A stretch of DNA of 37,889 nt, from the NCBI GenBank assembly GCA_050697575.1, contig JBOGZW010000001.1:1-37889 (forward strand), in the 5' to 3' direction. Both the position numbers and the translations under genes were made by a program. This document shows, in pieces, positions 32,566 through 37,889 of this stretch (positions are counted from its first letter, which is position 1; each line of letters begins with the position of its first letter). Source of the stretch: Gaiellaceae bacterium (GTDB lineage Bacteria > Actinomycetota > Thermoleophilia > Gaiellales > Gaiellaceae). The notes beneath the pieces were generated by a model, which was not told where the DNA came from, did not search any database, and worked only from the letters and a program-made list of their open reading frames with translations.

Positions 32566-34790
32566 AGACGGCGGAGCTCCACCGGTGGCGCGCCCGGAAC
32601 GACCTCCGCCGTCTCGCGCGCGTGGAGCAGCGTCGTCTTGACGATCAGCTTGGCGCGCGCGAAGTTGTCCATCATCGTCGGCACGGGACCGACCTCCCGG
32701 CCGAGCGCGTAGCCGGCAGCGTTCCGGCCGATTGCCCGGTACGACTCGAGCGTGTACAGCGGTGACATGCCGAACAGCTCGAGGTTGTCCAGCGGCTCGA
32801 GGTCGGCGCGGTGGATCACCGCCGTCCCCTTCGACTGGATGCCCACCGCGATGCTCGAACCGGACAGCGCCGCGCCGTCGTGGCCGATGAAGGCAACGTC
32901 GGCTGCCCGCCTAACGCGGACGAGCCTCGGTCGCCCTCCCGCGTCGCGGACACCCTGCTCGAGCGCGACCAGCACATCGGCGTGCGCGAGGCCGTTGATC
33001 GTCCGGCGGATCGCGTCACCGAACGCCGGCCCGACGGCGATCACGACCTCGTCCGGCTCGTTCTGGATCTTGGCAACGTACAGCTCTTCCACCGCCTTCT
33101 CTGCGTCCTCGCTTTCGTCGAAGTCGCGTGGGTCGAGCGTCTGCGGCAGCGCCTGCAACAGCTGCCAGCGTTCGCCGTCCAGCACGTAGCCGGTGCCCGG
33201 GCCGGAGTAGCGGTTGGGATCGTTGACAGCCGACCTCACTCCCCAGTCTTCGCCGATCACGGCCGAGGTCTGGAGGTAGTCGGCGCAGACGCGCTGGCGC
33301 TGCATGCCGATGACCGCGGCAGCGACGTCGTGGAAGCCGGCGTCGTCGAGCACGCGGGCGACGTCGAGGCCGCTGATGCGCTCGTCGAGCACCCTGTCGG
33401 CGGCGGCGACGTCGGCGGCGCGGTCACGCTCGGGGAGGTCGTCGCTCGAGTAGCCTCGTGTGGCGGCCTCGACCTCCGCGTCCGACACGTCGGGGAAGCC
33501 GAGCGCCTGGAACACGGCTTGCACGGCGCGTGCAGCCCGTTCCCGGACGCGCAGTGCGTCCTCCTCGGTGATCGGCTCGATGCCGGCGTCAACCTGCCAG
33601 TCCCGCTGTACCGTCAGCCACTCGTCGAGGTCGTCGGCGTCGTAGTTGCCTCCCCCGAACATGTTGTCCTTCCGAGGCATGACCGAGTAGCCCGAGGTCA
33701 CGAAGTCCGTTCCGGGCAGCAGTTGCCCCATGAGCTTCGCCGTTTTCCGGACCTCGGAGTGTGACGCGATCGCGTCGTTCCCGGACGCAACCTCGAGATC
33801 GAGCCAAGCGGCGAGGAGGTTCTCGGCGAGGATCTCACGCGTTCCGCCGGGCACGGCCAGCACGAGGGCTACGCACGAGATCGACCCGTTCTGCACGCCC
33901 TGAGAGCCGGCCGCGCGGACGACCGCGAGGCACCGCGCCTCGAGGTAGAGCATCGACTTGCCCTGCGCGTGGCCCATCAGCGCCTCGGAGCCGCCGCCCG
34001 AGGTGAACCGCACCTTCACCCCGCGCGAGGCGTACGCGGAGGCGAGGAACCCCTTCGACCAGGGCGTGTCGTCCCCGTCGACGAACACCGGCTCGGTGCC
34101 GTACACCGACAGCGTCTCGGCGTACGCGACGAGGCCCTGCATCGCCAGCTGGAGGTTCCGGCGCTCCTCCACGGCACACTGCGTCATGACACCGGGGCGG
34201 CCCGTCTGGGAGCCCACGAGCAGGGCAATCGCATTCAGCGGCGCGTAGCGGGAGACGCCGACGGTCGTCTCCAGCTCGGCGAAGCCGCGGGCGGCTGCCT
34301 CGGCGGCATCGGCGGCGAGGAGGGCGGGGCTCTCCTTGAGATTCGTGACGTGCGCCTGGTTGGCCGGCGCTCGCCGGGCGCGCAGCTTCTTGAGGGCGAA
34401 CATCATCTCGACCGGGTCGAGGCCGCTCACGATCCGCGCCAGCCGCGCGGGAGTCAGGCCGCGGCTCAATCGGACGAGCTCGTCCCGCGCGTGATCGACG
34501 TCGACCAGGCGACGCGCGAGGTCGTCGTCGGAGAGCGCCGCCGCCTCGGCCGCCGCCTCGAGATCGATTCCCCGGCGCGCGATGAACGCGTCTAGTACGT
34601 CGAAGTCCTGCTCTCGCGCTCCGTCGATCTCGACGACGCGCCCTTCCTCGATCGTGAGGCTGGGCTCCGGATCGTCCGGGCCGTCCATGGCGACAAGCCC
34701 GAGCTCGGGATAGGGCGCGATCAGCAGCTCGCGCCGGAGCTCGCGTTCCTCCCGCGAGCGAAAGCGCCTAGACCCTGTCGCGGTCTCCTG
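32562..34790 (-). CDS. Coenzyme-B12-dependent diol/glycerol dehydratase, fused large (alpha, PduC-like) and medium (beta, PduD-like) subunits
   Basis: Frame of ORF 32562..35114. I propose TTG 34790 (AGGAGAGGG upstream), giving MQETATGSRRFRSREE..., comparable to the PduC N-terminus MRSKRFE. Alpha motifs NQAHVTN, ELETTV, TQCAVEE, YGTEPVFVDGDDTPWSKGFLASAYASRG, GVQNGS, ASGND, FVTSGYS. Beta part VVIAVGPAFG...IAVGIQSKGTAVIH...LDNLELF...YRAIGRNAAGYA. 742 aa. Confidence 0.9.
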   Translation of the reverse strand, partial: QETATGSRRFRSREERELRRELLIAPYPELGLVAMDGPDDPEPSLTIEEGRVVEIDGAREQDFDVLDAFIARRGIDLEAAAEAAALSDDDLARRLVDVDHARDELVRLSRGLTPARLARIVSGLDPVEMMFALKKLRARRAPANQAHVTNLKESPALLAADAAEAAARGFAELETTVGVSRYAPLNAIALLVGSQTGRPGVMTQCAVEERRNLQLAMQGLVAYAETLSVYGTEPVFVDGDDTPWSKGFLASAYASRGVKVRFTSGGGSEALMGHAQGKSMLYLEARCLAVVRAAGSQGVQNGSISCVALVLAVPGGTREILAENLLAAWLDLEVASGNDAIASHSEVRKTAKLMGQLLPGTDFVTSGYSVMPRKDNMFGGGNYDADDLDEWLTVQRDWQVDAGIEPITEEDALRVRERAARAVQAVFQALGFPDVSDAEVEAATRGYSSDDLPERDRAADVAAADRVLDERISGLDVARVLDDAGFHDVAAAVIGMQRQRVCADYLQTSAVIGEDWGVRSAVNDPNRYSGPGTGYVLDGERWQLLQALPQTLDPRDFDESEDAEKAVEELYVAKIQNEPDEVVIAVGPAFGDAIRRTINGLAHADVLVALEQGVRDAGGRPRLVRVRRAADVAFIGHDGAALSGSSIAVGIQSKGTAVIHRADLEPLDNLELFGMSPLYTLESYRAIGRNAAGYALGREVGPVPTMMDNFARAKLIVKTTLLHARETAEVVPGAPPVELRRL

Positions 34791-35214
34791 CAAGCAGCCC
34801 TCTCCTCGCGTACACCTCGATCGCCTCCCGCACGAACGCGGCGGACATCGGTGCCCCAGCCTCGTCGAGCCTCGAGGACCAGGCTTCGAGCTCGGCCTCG
34901 CTCGAGCGGTGCGGCCGCAGCGCCGTGTAGATCTCGAGGATCGTCTCGGACGGGATGGCCGCCAGCTCCGCGGCGCGCCGGAGATTGTGGGCGAGCGTTG
35001 TCCGCCCGACCCCCTCCGCGACCGCTGCCTGGCGGCGAAGCGTCTCGGGGGTCGCTCGCAGATCTTCCGACGCGAGCTTTCCATCGCGCATGCCCTCGAC
35101 AGTAACGTCGTCAAGCGGGATGCCGGATGGCGTGGCGACGGTGTCCGGTCGGTTCTGGCCTAGCGGATAGTCCGAAACGGTATCGGCGGCCACGGGGCAA
35201 GCATACGTAGCCAC
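34768..35214 (-). CDS. Diol/glycerol dehydratase small (gamma, PduE-like) subunit
   Basis: Frame of ORF 34768..35319. GTG 35214 is preceded by GAGGGTGA. SDYPLGQNRPD...DLRATPETLRRQAAVAEGVGRTTLAHNLRRAAELAAIPSETILEIYTALRPHRSS...AFVREAIEVYARRGLL closely matches the PduE pattern. 148 aa. Confidence 0.85.
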   Translation of the reverse strand: MATYACPVAADTVSDYPLGQNRPDTVATPSGIPLDDVTVEGMRDGKLASEDLRATPETLRRQAAVAEGVGRTTLAHNLRRAAELAAIPSETILEIYTALRPHRSSEAELEAWSSRLDEAGAPMSAAFVREAIEVYARRGLLAGDRDRV

Positions 35215-35339
35215 GCCGTCACCCTCTATTATCGGGTGCGTCGTGACCGAAGTCGTGTCTCGACCGTGGGCGGACGGTCTTCCTGTATCCCGCATGTCGG
35301 GTGGGTCGTCGACCTCCAACCTTTAGAAAGGGCGTGAAA

Positions 35340-36713
35340 ATGGTGAAACGTCGCGCATTACTTGCTGTCGCAGGATCCATCGGCGCCTTGGCTCTCGTCG
35401 CCTCGCTGGCTATCGCGGCGGCTGGGAGCGCAGGCACCGCAAGCACCGCAGCCACCGCATCGACCGCCGAGTCGCTGGTGGCGACGATCACACCGCCGCG
35501 CGTACCGAATGCGGCAGCCATCAAGAAGCAGTACGGCGGCCGGAGCATCACGTTCCTCGGCGACGGACCTGTTGGCAAGTCGCATACCCGCGACCAGCTA
35601 CTGGTCAAGAAGTTCTCCCAGGACACGGGCATCAAGGTCAAGCTCGTGCCCCACCCCGTCGACTCCAGCGCCGCCTATTCCCAGCTGGCACGGACGTTCT
35701 CTGCAAACTCGTCCGCCTTCGACGTCGTGATGCTGGACGTCGTCTGGACCGGCGCTTTCGCACCGTACCTCTACAACCTGAAGCGGGTCATGGCAAAGCA
35801 GGCCAAGCTACACGCCAAGGGGATCATCCTGAACAACACCGTCCGCGGAAAGCTCGTCGCGATGCCGTGGTTCGGGGACTTCGGGATCCTCTACTTCCGC
35901 AAAGACCTCCTCACGAAGTACGGGTACAGCGGGCCCCCGAAGACGTGGGCCCAACTCGGACAGATGGCCCAGAAGATCCAGGACGGCGAGCGTGCGAACA
36001 ACACGAACTTCTACGGGTTCGTCTACCAGGGCAACGCGTACGAGGGACTGACATGTGACGCGCTCGAGTGGCTCGCGTCGTCCGGAGGTGGCCAGTTCAT
36101 CGACGGCGGCAAGGTCACGATCAACAACCCGAGAGCCGCGGCGATTCTGAACCTCCAGCGAAGCTGGGTGGGCAAGATCACCCCGCGCGGCGTGACGACC
36201 TACCAGGAAGGCGAATCGGAGAAGGCCTTCACGGCCGGCAACGCTGCCTTCATGCGCAATTGGCCCTACGCGTACGCGATCGGCCAGGAAGGGCCGATCA
36301 AGGGCAAGTTCGACGTGACGGTGCTCCCGCGGACCGGTGCCAACGCGTCCGTCGGAACCGTCGGCGGCTGGCAGCTCGGAGTCTCGAGCTTCTCGAAGCA
36401 GCCTCTGGCCGCCGTCGAGCTCGTCCGGTATCTGACCAGCCCAGCGGTCGAGCGGTTCGACGCGATCTACAACAGCAACGTGCCGACCATCCCGTCGGTC
36501 GCGCGCCTTCCGGCCGTACGCAAGGTGAACCCCTGGCTCAAGCCCGAGGTCGCAGGCGTGACGCGGGTCACGCGGCCGTCGCGCTATCTCGGCACGAAGT
36601 ACAACCAGGGCTCACAGATCATCTACCAGGGCATCAACCAGATCCTGAACGGGCAGGACGCGACGAACGTGCTGCCCGGAGTGGCACAGCGGCTGGAGCG
36701 GGCCTTGCCGTAG
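35340..36713 (+). CDS. ABC transporter extracellular solute-binding protein (family 1, sugar/polyol type)
   Basis: ATG 35340 within ORF 35301..36713 (MVKRRALLAVAGSIGALALVASLAIAAAGSAG signal-like N-terminus, no lipobox Cys). MPWFGDFGILYFRKDLL, FMRNWPYAY, GGWQLGVSSFSK are typical of the maltose/trehalose-type SBP family. Confidence 0.85.
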   Translation: MVKRRALLAVAGSIGALALVASLAIAAAGSAGTASTAATASTAESLVATITPPRVPNAAAIKKQYGGRSITFLGDGPVGKSHTRDQLLVKKFSQDTGIKVKLVPHPVDSSAAYSQLARTFSANSSAFDVVMLDVVWTGAFAPYLYNLKRVMAKQAKLHAKGIILNNTVRGKLVAMPWFGDFGILYFRKDLLTKYGYSGPPKTWAQLGQMAQKIQDGERANNTNFYGFVYQGNAYEGLTCDALEWLASSGGGQFIDGGKVTINNPRAAAILNLQRSWVGKITPRGVTTYQEGESEKAFTAGNAAFMRNWPYAYAIGQEGPIKGKFDVTVLPRTGANASVGTVGGWQLGVSSFSKQPLAAVELVRYLTSPAVERFDAIYNSNVPTIPSVARLPAVRKVNPWLKPEVAGVTRVTRPSRYLGTKYNQGSQIIYQGINQILNGQDATNVLPGVAQRLERALP

Positions 36714-36755
36714 TAGGAGCAATCGGACGAACCTGAGGGAGACGGGACGATCGGA

Positions 36756-36784
36756 GAAGATGGGGGCCAAGCGCCCCCATCTTC
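36756..36784 (+). terminator. Intercistronic 12-bp stem / 5-nt loop hairpin between the SBP and permease genes (attenuator / mRNA-stabiliser candidate)
   Basis: GAAGATGGGGGC-CAAGC-GCCCCCATCTTC, followed by GCTTTCG. Confidence 0.45.
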
Positions 36785-36806
36785 GCTTTCGCCGGAGGAC
36801 GAGACG

Positions 36807-37736
36807 ATGAGCGCCAACCAGCCGACCACCGTGGCGGCGCCGCGGCCGAAACGCCGCCGGTCGACTCGCCTGCAGCGCAAGCAGACGCGGCTGGCGTGGC
36901 TGATGCTCACGCCCGCGCTCGCCGTCGTAGCCTTCGTCGCCTTCTATCCGCTCGGCCAGACGGTCTACGACAGCTTCACGGACCGCCAGTTCCTCGGGGG
37001 GCTCGAGCCGACAAGGTGGGTCGGCCTGCAGAACTACCGCGACCTCATCCACGACACGGTCTTCCGGGACGCAGTCGTCGTGACCGTGAAGTTCACGGTG
37101 ATCACCGTGTCCATCGAGCTCGTGCTCGGCATGATCATCGCGCTCGTCGTCAACTCGGGCTTCAAGGGCCGCGGCGTGATGCGCGCGGTGATGCTAGTGC
37201 CGTGGGCGATTCCGACCGTGGTCGCCGCGCAGATGTGGAAGTGGATGTACGACGACGTCTTCGGTGTCGTCAACGACTCACTCGTCCGCCTCCACGTGAT
37301 TGACCGCCCGGTGGCGTGGGTCTCAGAGCAGCCGCTCGCGGCCGTCGCGGCGGTCGACATCTGGAAGACGACGCCGTTCGTCGCCCTCCTGCTGCTCGCG
37401 GGCCTCCAGGTGATCCCGCAAGAGCTCTACGAGGCGGCGGACGTCGACGGGGCGAGCAAGTGGCACCAGTTCTGGCGGATCACCTTGCCGCTCCTCGTCC
37501 CGGCCATCCTCGTCACGCTCATCTTCCGCACGCTCGACGCGCTACGCGTCTTCGACGTCTTCTACGTGTTCTTCGGCTCCCGTGTGGACACGCAGACGAT
37601 GGCGATCTACGACCAGAACACGATCGTCGCATTCGGCGACGTCGGTTACGGCGCGGCCATCAGCGTGGCCATCTTCCTCATCATCGGCCTCTTCGTCGTG
37701 ATCTACACGACCTTCATGCGGGTGCAGCAGCAATGA
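36807..37736 (+). CDS. ABC transporter permease (MalF/ThuF-like, sugar type)
   Basis: 309 aa. Multiple TM segments and the EAA-type loop QELYEAADVDGASKWHQFWRITLP. Confidence 0.9.
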   Translation: MSANQPTTVAAPRPKRRRSTRLQRKQTRLAWLMLTPALAVVAFVAFYPLGQTVYDSFTDRQFLGGLEPTRWVGLQNYRDLIHDTVFRDAVVVTVKFTVITVSIELVLGMIIALVVNSGFKGRGVMRAVMLVPWAIPTVVAAQMWKWMYDDVFGVVNDSLVRLHVIDRPVAWVSEQPLAAVAAVDIWKTTPFVALLLLAGLQVIPQELYEAADVDGASKWHQFWRITLPLLVPAILVTLIFRTLDALRVFDVFYVFFGSRVDTQTMAIYDQNTIVAFGDVGYGAAISVAIFLIIGLFVVIYTTFMRVQQQ

Positions 37737-37889
37737 GCGTCGTCGCCGAGCGAGCAGATCGGGCCGCGCGCGCGCAGGCGCTCGCGAGGCGTAAGCGGCG
37801 GGAGCGACGCAAGTTCAGGAGCGTGATTCGGCGCTTCCCGTTCTATTTCCTGATCACGCTTATCTTCATCTACGCCCTGTTCCCGTTCT
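37733..37889 (+). CDS. Second ABC transporter permease (MalG-like); partial, continues beyond the window
   Basis: ATG 37733 overlaps the preceding stop (ATGA). MSVVAERADRAARAQALARRKRRERRKFRSVIRRFPFYFLITLIFIYALFPF is a basic N-terminus followed by the first TM helix. Confidence 0.75.
   Translation, partial: MSVVAERADRAARAQALARRKRRERRKFRSVIRRFPFYFLITLIFIYALFPF

Noticed and set aside
35215-35339. Cobalamin riboswitch upstream of the B12-dependent dehydratase or of the ABC transporter.
   Set aside because: The spacer is only 125 nt, shorter than I would expect for a cobalamin riboswitch. I find no B12-box-like GCCACTG core on either strand.
35327-35347. Direct repeat GTGAAA-ATG-GTGAAA at the binding-protein start, as an operator.
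   Set aside because: Two 6-nt copies spanning the start codon are explained by chance plus the coding sequence (M-V-K). There is no dyad symmetry.
1-37889. Mobile elements, CRISPR arrays, tRNA/rRNA genes, defence-system hallmarks (nucleases, TIR/SIR2, reverse transcriptases, restriction-modification).
   Set aside because: None seen. There is no transposase/integrase-like translation in any frame of the track, no regularly spaced direct repeats, and no intergenic spacer long enough for a tRNA. The single methyltransferase is a small-molecule/class I type with no partner nuclease.

Overview
Very GC-rich (roughly 70% by eye, not computed), very gene-dense chromosomal segment of actinobacterial type. 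I see about 40 protein-coding genes and no rRNA/tRNA, CRISPR array, transposase or integrase. All functional calls come from by-eye motif recognition on the supplied translations; no database search was possible.

Content, mostly redox and catabolic operons:
(i) larC (partial) and larB, nickel-pincer cofactor genes.
(ii) A five-gene, translationally coupled cassette collinear with the furoyl-CoA pathway genes hmfABCDE: molybdenum hydroxylase large/FAD/2Fe-2S subunits, CoA ligase, crotonase.
(iii) A six-gene coupled operon: NIPSNAP, SDR, cupin, ThDP enzyme, RidA, amidase.
(iv) A five-gene operon: SMP-30 lactonase, isochorismatase-like hydrolase, Zn-ADH, luciferase-like (F420-type) oxidoreductase, hotdog thioesterase.
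(v) A signalling block: a receiver domain fused to a cysteine-less Grx-like/TrxR-like flavoprotein, next to a cNMP-binding-domain histidine kinase. About 2 kb away lies a zinc-ribbon/class III cyclase/AAA/TPR protein.
(vi) A second molybdenum hydroxylase whose Mo subunit is split into two genes (F-S-L-M order, as in Eubacterium barkeri nicotinate dehydrogenase), with divergent MoxR/VWA/XdhC-N maturation genes.
(vii) A B12-type diol dehydratase encoded as gamma plus a fused alpha-beta, with no reactivase or microcompartment genes in view.
(viii) The start of a sugar-type ABC importer.

Architecture worth noting: about 20 same-strand start/stop overlaps; four convergent gene pairs sharing a 4-nt stop/stop overlap (CTAG x3, CTAA x1); two probable gene relics at rearrangement junctions; and G5/C5-core hairpins in the few real intergenic spacers.
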